From: Raja brachyura
Lineage: Eukaryota
Assembly: GCA_963514005.1 (NCBI GenBank)
Contig: OY740804.1
Span: forward strand, 28,086,001-28,150,000
Reading direction: 5' to 3'
DNA: 64,000 nucleotides
Shown here: in pieces, positions 53,248 to 64,000 of the stretch
How the letters are laid out: each line of letters starts with the position of its first letter
How positions within the stretch are numbered: the stretch's first letter is position 1
Translations under genes and position numbers: made by a program
Notes under the pieces: model-generated
Seen by the model: only the letters and a program-made list of their open reading frames with translations
Database searches by the model: none
What the model was told of the DNA's origin: nothing

Positions 53248-53560
53248 AGGGCGGCACGCTGGGGCAGCAGTAGAGTTGCTGCCTTACAGCGCCAGAGACC
53301 CGGGTTCGATCCTGACTCTGGTTGCTGTCTGCACAGAGTTTGTACATTCTCCCCTTGACCCGTGTGTGTTTTCTCTGGGAACTCCGGTTTCCTCCCACAC
53401 TCCAAAGTCGTACAGGTTTGTAGGCTAAATGGCTTGGTTAAATTGTAAATTGTCCCCAGTGTGTGTAGGATAGTGTTAGTGTACGGGGATCACTGGTCTG
53501 CGTGGACTGGGTGAGCCAAAGGGCCTGTTTCCATGCTGTACCCCTAAACTAAACTAAACT
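53248..53560 (+). mobile_element. tRNA-derived SINE (HE1/V-SINE-like), representative full copy
   Basis: gggcggcac head with A-box-like and B-box (gggttcgatcc) motifs, central ctccggtttcctcccacactccaaag domain, taaac tandem tail. More than 20 related copies in the window. Confidence 0.88.
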
Positions 53561-53699
53561 GCAGGGGTGTGAACCCAGGGATACTCCTTTGGTTGTCTGC
53601 AGATATTCTGGAAGATTTCAAGCCGCTTGATCGACCCAGTGCATTTCAGCATTCAGATGTTGACTTTACTTGATGGAAAGATCTCCATTCACCAAAATG

Positions 53700-54243
53700 G
53701 CAACTGGAGCATGCTTTAGGATTTGGTGGGCGGCCATGAAGAAAGTTCCAACGGGTCGCCGCAAAGACCAGGCGAGCCACCACGAACACGCCGGGTAGCA
53801 GGCCTTTCTCTCCGCCATGATGAAGGACCCGGAGGGTCGTCGTCGGAAGCTCGGAAGCCGCTCAGCTTGACCCCTGAAGACCAGAGAGTCGCGGAGGAGG
53901 ATGCCGCTTTCAACGAAGGACGCAAGGAGTGGGCTGGTGGGAGAGGGAGCGGGGAATTGCCTCCGTCGCGTTCAAGGTCGCTCCAACAGGTGCCCCGGGG
54001 ACACAGACCCGGTCGGGCAAGAGAGGGATGTCGGCTTGTAAGTCAAACCGCTCGAGGGTGACGAGGAAGCCCTGCAGCAGTCTGGAGCTTACCTGCATCG
54101 GAAGCCACTCCAGTACATCGAGCACATGGAACAGACTTTAGAATTTTGTAAATGCTGCCAAAATATGGCGACTTGTGTGAATGTGTGATCTACGCAAAAT
54201 AAATCCCACTGTGCAGTGCACAATTAACAATAAACATCATCAT
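53700..54243 (+). mobile_element. GC-rich non-autonomous retroposon-like element with a LINE-type 3' tail
   Basis: CpG-rich body ending cactgtgc...acaataaa(cat)n; similar tails at about 30090-30230 (+) and 880-970 (-). Confidence 0.5.
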
Positions 54244-54596
54244 GGGGTAACTAGTCAATATGATCTCCTATTCTGATTCCAATGCAGTGCCTCTTGCATG
54301 TGGAACTCAGTGGTTGTTTTGTGCATTCTGTAGTAACAGGGGATTTGGTCATATTGAGGGATAACCTTACTGATCTGTGTGCAAAGACCTAGCATCCATT
54401 CACTTTATTTCACTGTACCTTGTTATACATGATAATAAAGAAACCATCAAATAAAGAAACCATGGAATAATTACACTTGAAACTGAAGTTGTTGGTAAAT
54501 TATCTAGATAGCAAAAGAAGGTCGCATCCATACACGCAAAATACTCTCATTTTGCAGATCAACATTGTTGGTCATGGTTTTATTTCTAGTTCATTG

Positions 54597-55626
54597 TAGG
54601 TATGTTACAAAACTTACCTTGAGCAGCGCTGCAGTTCTGCCGCTCCCCGTGTGCGTGCCTTTGGCACCTTTCAGAGGGGGGGCGGGCTTAAAGTGCCGTT
54701 TTTCCACAGGCAGGGAAAATCGATCAATGTCGGGCGATTTCGTTGCGGAAGAAAAATCGCTCCGACATTTCATGAATGAAGGTATTTTTAAATTACTCTA
54801 AATTATTTATTAACTAGAGTAATTTAAAAATCACCTTCAAAAGCCGTGAGCGCTGACAACCGGAAGGATTTTGCGTAGGGGAGAAAAAAAGGTAGTTTAT
54901 TTTTATATTAAAAGTTGGTTTTTCGGGAGGCTTTAATAACATTTTCATGTTGCGAAATGGGGTCCAAAAAAATGTATGAACCAACAGTATTTTTCCTCCC
55001 GACTTCACTGCTAACCGCAACGTTCCAATCCACCGCATTCCACTAAAACCCACTCGCTAGTTGATTTAAATGGCCATTAATTTACAGGAATCAAACACTA
55101 AATTCCTTTCATTTGGCCCAGAACTTCATGAAAATAAGATTAAAAAATTATGTTATATTGTGGATTATTGTGTGAATGTTATTTGAACATTTAGGCAATT
55201 TAAAAAAAGTTTATCTTTTCTTAAGAAATGGATTGATGTTTAGATCTACTCATTGAATTTTGTAATTAGCTACAATTAGATAACTAACTAATTATATGCT
55301 TTAATTTCAGGTCATCCAAGTAAGATTGTTTCATATTTGTTTCAGAATGCTTCAATCTATAATAACTGAAAATTTCATTGAGTTCTCTTAATTTTTAAGA
55401 AAGTTATGGGCTTTTAACTGTTCCAGATCACAGCTTTTGAGTTCAGTCAATTGAAAGGCAATGGTGAACAAGATGCTAATTTCAGAGTATGAAAATGGCC
55501 ATAACTTTCTTAATACTGAAGATATGAAAGTGAATCGGGTGTCAAATTAAACTTCTTTTTATGCTTTATCTGATGGGATAAATTGCAGACTTGATTTTTT
55601 AATTTCAAAATTATGTAACATTGCTA
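54597..55626. mobile_element. Non-autonomous DNA transposon, about 1.03 kb, TAG...CTA ends, 7-bp target duplication
   Basis: Ends TAGGTATGTTACAAAACTT and (reverse complement) TAGCAATGTTACATAATTT (15/19); TTCATTG at 54590-54596 and 55627-55633. Confidence 0.72.
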
Positions 55627-56557
55627 TTCATTGTCAACCAGAAATGCACTTTCAGCCAGCAACTCCCAGGGCATGGATAGAATCCAAATTAACCAAAGGA
55701 GCATTAGACAATATGTAAAGGACAAACCTCTTGAATAGTATTGTAAAACCCCAAGGTAACATAATGAATGAGTACTTTTCTCTTCAAAGTTAGAAGATTT
55801 TGAAATGTGCAATCTTTATACTTCACACATGAAAGAGAACATAAGCATGCTTGCTCCTTTTTTGTTCCCTTTCTCAAATTACTAACTACGTGACTGATTG
55901 ATAGAGATATTTATGCACTTTCTCCCCGACAATGTAGAATGTGCAGAGCCAGGAAGAGAGAATAGGCGTATGATCAAAGCTTGCTTAAAGTGTTTGGTTC
56001 TGAAGTAGCACAACGCTAGAGTTGCTGCCTCACAGCACCAGAGACACAGGTTCAACCCTGACCTCGCATGTTAGCTGTACGGAATTTGTACGTTCTCCCT
56101 GCGATCGCTGGTCAGCGCGGACTCGGTTGGCCAAAGGACTTGTTTCTACGGTGTATGTCAAAATTCTGAAATCTAAAGTCTAAATCCAAGGAGAAAATCT
56201 CAGAAAGCAAGGGAGTCGTTCTTGGTAACGTACTAAAAATGCACAATACTTTGTAGCAACTATTTTGTGCCTCAATTGCAAAAGTCTTCCACGAACCTGC
56301 CATTTCCTTTAGGATTAATTTATAAGTTGAAGTGCTTTGGAGGAGACTTATACGTAAATGATGTGTTTTCTTTAGTTGCGTGCTAACCAATCAGCGGAAA
56401 GACAATACATGATTACAATTGAGCCATCAACGGTGTATGTAGGGAACAACATGCAGAACGTTTAGTGCAGGTTAAAGTTAGTAAAGTTCAATCAAAGATA
56501 GTCTGAGGATCTCCAATGAGGTAGATAGTAGTTCTGGACTGCTCTAGTAGTTGGTAA

Positions 56558-56946
56558 TACCCCTGTCCCACTTAGGAAACCTGAACGGAAACCTCTGTAG
56601 ATTTTGCGCCCCACCCAAGGTTTCTTTGCGGTTCCCGGAGGTTTTTGTCAGTCTCCCTAATGGTCGAAATTGGTTTCCGTTTCTTCTATGTTCCGGCGAT
56701 TATTTAAAAAAATTCGAAACCGGCCGCGACTAAAAATATGATGCTGTTTTAAAAATCGGTAATTTTTTAGTCGAAGCTGGTTGCGATGCTAGTTGAAGGT
56801 GGTTGCCGGAGGTTGCAGGTAGTGGAAGGTTTTAGTCGCGGCCAGTTTTTAATTTTTTGAAACCTCCGGGAACCGCACAAAAACCTTGGGTGGGGTGCAA
56901 AGTCTCCAGAGGTTTCCGTTCAGGTTTCCTAAGTGGAACAGGGGCA
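56558..56946. mobile_element. Same palindromic MITE family (copy 3), TAA target duplication
   Basis: TAA at 56555-56557 and 56947-56949; interrupts a LINE 3'-UTR repeat whose uninterrupted form (tggtaagatg in reverse complement) is seen near 1965-1980. Confidence 0.85.
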
Positions 56947-58092
56947 TAAGATGGTTCAGTTGCAATAGTATTGCATTTTGGTTGAAGTAGATCAAATTAA
57001 CTCAATGGAACAGTAAAATGTCGATGTTTGATATGATGCCGGATGAAATGACATTATCTTTGATTGCTACTGGCATCCATTCACTGAGTGCAACATAACA
57101 CACACTAGTTGTTTTGTTTTTATTCTTCACAGAAACCACCAACTGCTGATATCATTCAGATTGGAATGAATTCTGAATATATATTTGTTGCCAATCCCAT
57201 GCAAGCTCAAATTTGTTGAGCAATACATTCTTTTGTGAAACAAGTTTTATATGAAAACGCCATGGACCTGGTCCCATGTGCAGGAAGGAACTGCAGATGC
57301 TGGTTTACACAGAAGACAAAACACAAGGTGCTGGAGTAAATCAGCAGGTCTGGCAGCATTTCTGGAGAAAAGGAATGGGTGACCTTTCGGAAGAAGGGTC
57401 TCGACCCAAAACGTCACCCATTCCTTCTCTCCAGAAATGCTGCCTGTCCTGCTGAGTTACTCCAGCATTTTGTGTCGAATTGGGTCCAATGGTTCACCTA
57501 CTGCATTGAAATCAGACTATTTTAAAAGGAAATGAATACCTTAACTGCAAAAGAATTCAAATAACATAGGCTTAATTTAATGTATGAGAAATGTATAACA
57601 TTTATTCAGAAAATGTCAATTATGAATTACAGGTGCTCCAATTTTCTGACTTTAGATTGGTGTAGATTGGGTCTTTGTTGTTTCTTAATGAGAACTCTCT
57701 CAATGAAAAATAAGTTTTCCAGCAAGAAAGAGAAAAGAAATGTAAAGTTATTCGGATCTGGATATCAACCTGATCAAACGGTTGGCTCGTGCGCAAGGCT
57801 GAGGGAAGTGTAAATATCTAAACCTACAGCTCAGGATGATAATTGAACCAAGGTACCAAAGGAGCACGCAATGGTACCAATGATCCAAAGGCTGAAGCAT
57901 TTTTGCCGTGAGTGTAAGATGAAGCCAAATCTCATCGTCTGTTTTAATCTCCCCCCTCCATCAAAATTTAATCCATCTGTTTTGCTGTTTTTTTTTCTCT
58001 TTCTTTTGAATAGTTGGTTATTAATTCATTGTCTGTGTTGTACAGTGTTGTTGTGTACGATGTTGTATCAGTGTTGCCTGTTTATTTTGTAG

Positions 58093-58134
58093 TGCAAAAC
58101 GTGACAGAAATACTCTGCCGAAAAAGGGACTAAG
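58093..58134 (+). CDS. NAV1: NAV1 42-nt coding exon (S-AKRDRNTLPKKGL-R)
   Basis: ttttgtag|T GCA AAA CGT GAC AGA AAT ACT CTG CCG AAA AAG GGA CTA AG|gtaaac; DRNTLPKKGLR is the conserved navigator-family motif expected after the previous exon; phase 2/2. Not in the ORF track. Confidence 0.92.
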
Positions 58135-58509
58135 GTAAACTACCTTTTGCTGTAGCTTGATTCATCTTTTGCTGCTAAGTACTAAATCCCAGAGTGTCTT
58201 TGTAGATATAGTTGTAAAGTACAAAGCTCCAACGTAAAGGAACTAAATTGAATCCCTCCCCTCCCCTGAACTATTTTGGTGGATCTGTCCATTACTTCAC
58301 TTGCCATAGCTCCATCCCCATGGATCAATGAACACAAAATATGGCCAAATGGACAAAATAAATGACAGATGCAACGATATTTTGAGGCGTAGAGGTACTA
58401 TGCTATACAGCGTGGAAATACGTCCTTTGGCACATTAGCTCTGCACTGACCATCGCGCACCCATTTACACTAAGTAGAAACCCCAGTTTATTCCCCCAGT
58501 ATTCACGTT

Positions 58510-59085
58510 CATTTGTTCATAAGTCATAGGAGCAGAATCAGGCCATTCAGCCTATCAAATCTATTCAATCATGGCAAGTCTGTCTTTCCATATCGACTCC
58601 ATTCTCCGGTCTTCTCATAATCTCTGACATCCATTCTAATCAAGAAACATTTACCTCCTCTTCACCCCCCCCCCCTCCCAGATTCCACCACTCATCTACA
58701 CACAAGGGACAATTGGCAGTGGGCATCTTTCCTGCCACGTTATATGTCTTTGGGATCATAAGAAATTCGAGCAGAATTAGACCATTTGGCCCTTCATGTC
58801 TACTCTGCCATTCAATCATGGCTGATCTATCTTTCCCTCCTAACCCCATTCTCCTGCCTTCTATAGCTTCTGACACCCTTACTAATTACAAATCTATCTA
58901 TCCCTGCATTAAATATATCCACTAACTGCCTCCACAGCCTCCTGTGGCAAAGAATTCCACAGATTCACCACCCTGTGACTAAAGAAATTCTTCCCCCATC
59001 TCCTTCCTAAAAGAACGTCCTTTACTTCTGAGGCTATGACCTCTCTCAGTAGTGGAAACACCCTCTCCACATCCACTCTAACCAA
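58510..59085 (-). mobile_element. CR1 3' fragments interleaved with SINE pieces
   Basis: FFSHRVVNLWNSLPQEAVEA in ORF 58909..59229. Confidence 0.72.
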
Positions 59086-60056
59086 GGATATAGGCGGTAG
59101 AAAAGCCATGTGGCCACAGGGAGAATGTGTAGGTTTAGGTTTATTATAATCACGTTCACCAAGGTTGAGTGAAAATATTTCTTTTGCATACTGTCCATAC
59201 AGATCAGATAATATCATACATAAATACAATCAAGTCAAACTGAAGTTCAATGGATTGAGCAAAGTGGAAGATACAGAGTGCAGAATATAGTTCTCAGCAT
59301 TGTAGCGCATCAGTTCCATAGACAAAGTCCAATGTCCGCAATGGGGTAGAGGTGAATTGGATAGTACCCTGGTTTATGGAAATACAGTTTAGTAGCCTAA
59401 TAACAGAGAGGACGTTTGCAATGTGTAAACTTTTAACATGCTGTAAATCCCTTCAATGGTAGGGAGGTCATTACCTATGATGGACACCTGTCTTGAAAAT
59501 GCTCTTGAACTGAATGTTCAGGATCCTCAGCTGTAGAAAAGACCATGTTCACCCTCTGAGTGAAGCTGTTTGATCCTGACCATTTGGGGCTTCCTGCACC
59601 ATTCTCCACAGAGCCCAGTGGTGATGCAGTGACTCATTATAGGGAAGGGGTCCCAGAAGCAGTTTGCAGCAGGCACCTCTGCTCTAAGCCAAGTCTGGCT
59701 GGCATCGAAACAGCAATCCCTTTCATTTGAAAGAAGTGCTCAACTTATTTCAAACTAGCCGTTAATAATTCAATTCAATTAATTGGTGTTACCTTCAATT
59801 TCTGATTAACTCGTGAATCTATTTAAATAGTTTTTTTTTTAATGTCTTTGACAGCCAGAGACATTTATAATATTTTCAAGCTCTTTGGCAACTGGTGTTG
59901 GATCAGAACATTTTTGATCTTTAGACTGCGTGAAGCACTTTGGTCCCTTGGAGCCTGCTGCATCTTAGTTTAGTTTATAGGCTACAGCGAAAAGCTTTTT
60001 TGCTTTGTGCTATCCAGTCATCGGAAAGACTATACGTGATTACAATCGATCATTAA

Positions 60057-60355
60057 GGGCGGCACAGTGGAACAGCAGTAGAGTTGCTGCCTTATGCTTC
60101 CAGAGATGCCTCCATCCTGAACACGGGTGCTGTCTGTACAGTACATTTGTACGTTCTCCCTGTGACCCCGTGGGTTTTCTCCGGGTGCTCCGGTTTTCTC
60201 CCACACTTTAAAGACGTGTAGGATTTATAGGTTAATTGGCTTCGGTAAAATTGTAAATTGTCCCTAGTATGTAGGATAGTGCTAGTGTACGGGGTGATCA
60301 CTGGTCAGCACGGACTCGGTGGGTCAAAGTGCCTCTTTCTGTACTGTGTCTCGAA
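60057..60355 (+). mobile_element. tRNA-derived SINE copy
   Basis: Same family; sits inside a LINE 3'-UTR repeat. Confidence 0.8.
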
Positions 60356-61239
60356 AGTGTACGGTCAAAAGCCATCCGCAGGGTACAGATACAGGACAAA
60401 GGGAATAACGTTCAGTGCAAGACAATATCCAGTAAAGTCCGATTAAAGATAGTCTGAGGGTCTCCAATGAGGAAGGTGGTACATCAGGACCCCTGTTTAG
60501 TTGGTGATAGGATCCCACAGGCATGGTGGGTCAACAATTCTGGCCATCCTCTTCCAGAGAATGTAAGTGCAAACTGGGACTACAGGCAGGAGTCTAATCC
60601 AGGATATCTATTCCAATCATGTCCTCAGCTGTGGTAATCGATCGAGCACTAAATCAGGCCCCATCTATGGAGAGAGAAACAAATCACACTGTAAACCATT
60701 GATTATACTCAAAGTGAAGGCTCCCATGTAAATAGTGATCTGTCAGTGAATTAATGATGGGATGACCGATATCCTTGCTTTTGTCTCCCAACAGGAAATT
60801 TGGCGAGAAAATTAGAGAAAAAAATCCTTAAAATGAAAACAATGAATTTAAAGAGTTATATTAATCCCACACGCATAGGAAGAGAAATCTCTCATTATAT
60901 GCTCTTAGCTGGTTATAATTAACTCAGAACTGGAGCGAGCTTTCAGGCTTCCAGTCATAAAATATAACTAGGAAATTTATGTGAAACCATTAATAATAAT
61001 GCTGTGTGTTGCAATGTTTGCTTTCCATTATGTGTTTATGACCACCTCATAAACAAACTATGTTTACTTTTGTGTGGCACAGATGCATTATGTGGCGTTA
61101 GTTATTTCCCCATGAGACCTTCTCAGAATGTACTGGGATTTACTCGTTCACCGAATCAGTGCAGACAGTTAAAATGACTGCAATACCCCAAAAACGTACT
61201 CAGAAATAATACCCCCCATATTATCCAGTCGTTTACCCA

Positions 61240-61715
61240 GAGAAGGGGAATCGAGAACCAGAAAACTTAGGTTTAAGGTGAGGGGGGTAAGATGGTGTTG
61301 AGCTGGAAAAGGCGCAGAGAAGCTTTATGAGGATATTGCCAGGACTCAAGGGGGTGAGCTTGAGCAAGCTAGGACTTTATTACTTGGAACACAGGAGGAT
61401 GAGAGGTGATCTTATGGGGGTCGACAAAATCATGAGGAATAGATTGAGTAAATGCACATAGTCACTTGTCCAGAGTAGGGGAATTGAGAACCAGAGGACA
61501 TAGGTTTAAGTTGAGGGACAAGATTTAATAGGAACCTGAGTGGCAACTTTTTTACATAAAGGATGGGTGGGTATATGGAACGGGCTGCTGGAGAAGATAG
61601 TTGAGGCAGGTACAATGTTTAAGACACATCTAGACAGGTGCATGGATAGGATAGGTTTAGGAGAGGGATAGGAGAGGGATATGGGTTAAACACAGGCAGG
61701 TGAAACTAGTGTAGG
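61240..61715 (+). mobile_element. CR1 3' fragment
   Basis: gagaaccagaggacataggtttaag and aggaacctgag.ggcaactttttt landmarks. Confidence 0.72.
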
Positions 61716-64000
61716 GAGATCAGCAGAAAGTTGGTGGAGAAATGGGGAGTATTCTGAGAAACAGGACATTAGGAAGGTGTGGAAGTGTGGAGACTTATTG
61801 TGGCTGGGGTCTAATTTGAGAAAGGCAGTAAGAGAATCACAATATGGGGGAAGATAAAACTGCAAAATAGATCCAGCTGCAAAGTAGATCAATTCATTGG
61901 ACTTCCTGGCTTTAGTTCCGCTGGAGAAAGGCTATTCATGCATTCATAGGATACGTTCCCCTCTGTTTAAACCCAGCTACAGCAAGCAGGGACTGTGGTG
62001 GTTATGAACTGTGTACGCATGGTTTAAGATCGTGCAACTGCTGCAAGTCATGCATTACTTGCGAGTTGAGGCGATGGTGCATGCGCTTTGTCCTGCCTTT
62101 GCAGTCTTCCTCGGGCGGGTCTTTTTGCATGTGGAGAGACGGGATCGCATTTCTGAATGCACAAGCTGCATGCACAAAGTGACTAATCGCATTTAGCTGG
62201 ACGTCGATAAAATTTTCACATGCATAGTACAAACTTATACGTTCTGCTGTGTGAGTGTGGAATTTTAGACCGATGTATTTTGAATCTGACATGAGTGATT
62301 ATTTTAAATTACATACCATTAGATTTGTCTCAGGAGACTGTTGCAAAGATTTATTACCAGTTTGATGTGCATCTGCAATGGAACCAAGAACAGTTTGGAT
62401 ATTTATAAATGAAGCTTTTAATGTCAGTTTAAGAAGCTCATGACCATTGAGATTTCCAGGAGGAGTTCAGATAACTCAGCATGTCTGTGCTGACTGTTTT
62501 ATAGTCAGATCAACTGAGTTCTGAACCAAAGCTTTTCCTCCCCCATGGCCTTGTATCTTCTTTATTTTTCTTTTAAAGGTGAAAATTTCCAAACATCAGT
62601 TATTCCCAAGAGCAACTTAATCTCCGCTCTAATAACGAGAAATCAATAAGCTTCTCCTAATCTACATCCTCGAAATTAAAAAAAAATTAACTGGATAATC
62701 CCACATGACTTTACGCAGTCAATGGAAATGGTCTCTCCCTATTCATAAAACTTCATAATTCAAAGCATTTCGATTTAAGTTAGGATCTCAATCGCACTCC
62801 AAATAGTTGTAATATCTCAAGCGCTCCTTCCTTTTTTTATGACTGGTGTACGTGGGTTGCCATGTGGTTTCTGCAACTTTGATATCATTGGTTGAAGAAA
62901 GTGTGAAAAACTCCGTGTCTTTGAGATTGAGAAAAAATGGTTTTTGCTTTTTATTTCCTTCCACCCTATTTTTATAACGCACAATTCCTTTTTTCCCCTC
63001 ACGTTGTCAACCTGTACTTACAATTTTATAGAATGATACCAAATGTTCTGTCATTTCACAGAACCTTCACATTGAATTATGTTGCTACTTCTCATTTTTC
63101 CTCTCGAATGGCAATTTTTAAAAAAGTGTCCACCTTATTTTCATGTTCATAAGTTAAAGGAGCAGAATTAGGCCATCCTTCCCTCTCAACCCTGTTATCC
63201 TGCCCTCTCCCCATAGCCAATGACACCCTTACACATGAAGAATCTGTCAAACTCCATCTTTTAAAAAATCCGTTGACCTGGCCTCCATGGCCTTCTGTGT
63301 CAATGAATTCTGACTATGAAAGAATGAACAGTTGAGCAAGCCCATTATAAAATTACCTTAAATTCACATTTGGAAGATGTGATCCATGTCAGTTTTTGTA
63401 ACCTTATTTAAATAACATAAATGATGCTGGAAGAAAAATCTGTGACCGAACACCCTATGCAAATTAAGTCAGGTCTTCAAATCTCTCAAAGCCACTAATG
63501 GGTGTAATGTTGTGCATGTAGCTTATTGTTGAAGCACTTGAACTGTGACGGCTTGAAGCTACAAACCAGGAATGAGCATGGTGCTAATATACATTTCACA
63601 CATTTCTTGGTCTACATTTCACTGTTACAGGTTGAAACTTTGTGGTTTAATGTTCCCTGGTCCAGCAACTCCTATAGTCCAGCATGTTTTGATCCTGTAG
63701 TGCAGATCTGTACTGCCAACTAATTGCAACAAAAATCTAAACTATCTATCTGTACGAATCTGTGGATAATCAACGCTGGTCGAACTGCTGCTTCATAGTA
63801 CCGGAGATGTGGGTTTGATCCTGATGTTGTATGCTATCTCCCTTTGCACGTGGGTTTACTCCGGGTGCTGTGGTTTCCTCCCACAAGGATTTGCGTGTTT
63901 GTAAGTTGATTTGCCTCTGCAAATTGCCCCTAGTGTGTCAGGGGTTGATGCAAAGGGGGGATAACAGATCTAGTGTGAACGGGAGATCGATGGTCGGCAT

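Noticed and set aside
53248-53320. tRNA-like sequences with A and B boxes
   Set aside because: They are SINE heads followed by the SINE body, not tRNA genes.
53716-54141. Overlapping short ORFs in the GC-rich block
   Set aside because: No recognisable domain; ORFs on both strands reflect GC content.
62105-62118. Possible microexon after ctttgcag
   Set aside because: 14 nt is not frame-preserving and the donor gtcttt is poor.
301-63723. Most 60-120 aa ORFs in the track; any CRISPR array or rRNA
   Set aside because: Recurring peptides (KPINLQTCTSL, PAELLQHFV, NLWNSLP) are translations of SINE, PLE and CR1 repeats; no regularly spaced repeat-spacer array or rRNA-like sequence was seen.
58135-64000. 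Next NAV1 exon (expected ...ERRHSH... peptide)
   Set aside because: No convincing match found by eye; probably beyond the window end.

Overview
Vertebrate genomic DNA, most likely a cartilaginous fish (skate/ray-like repeat landscape: HE1/V-SINE-like tRNA SINEs, CR1, Rex1/L2-like LINEs, Penelope). The whole window appears to lie inside a + strand Neuron navigator 1 (NAV1) gene. Four coding exons can be joined in frame: 11474-11768, 40389-41085, 49047-49481 and a 42-nt exon at 58093-58134 that the ORF track misses. The introns are packed with transposons. The main accessory element is a structurally complete but ORF-disrupted DIRS-type tyrosine-recombinase retrotransposon (16718-21883): gag, RT-RNaseH-methyltransferase and YR ORFs, inverted terminal repeats, an internal complementary region matching both termini perfectly, a 6-bp ACTATT crossover core at both ends, and a set of phase-compatible splice signals. 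Also notable: many short Penelope-derived repeats carrying a minimal hammerhead-ribozyme consensus, several MITEs/DNA transposons with readable target-site duplications (Tc1, Tigger-like, hAT, Harbinger-like, and an unclassified 7-bp-TSD element), and a 181-N assembly gap. All similarity calls are from recall of the families, not from a database search; repeat boundaries are approximate unless stated.
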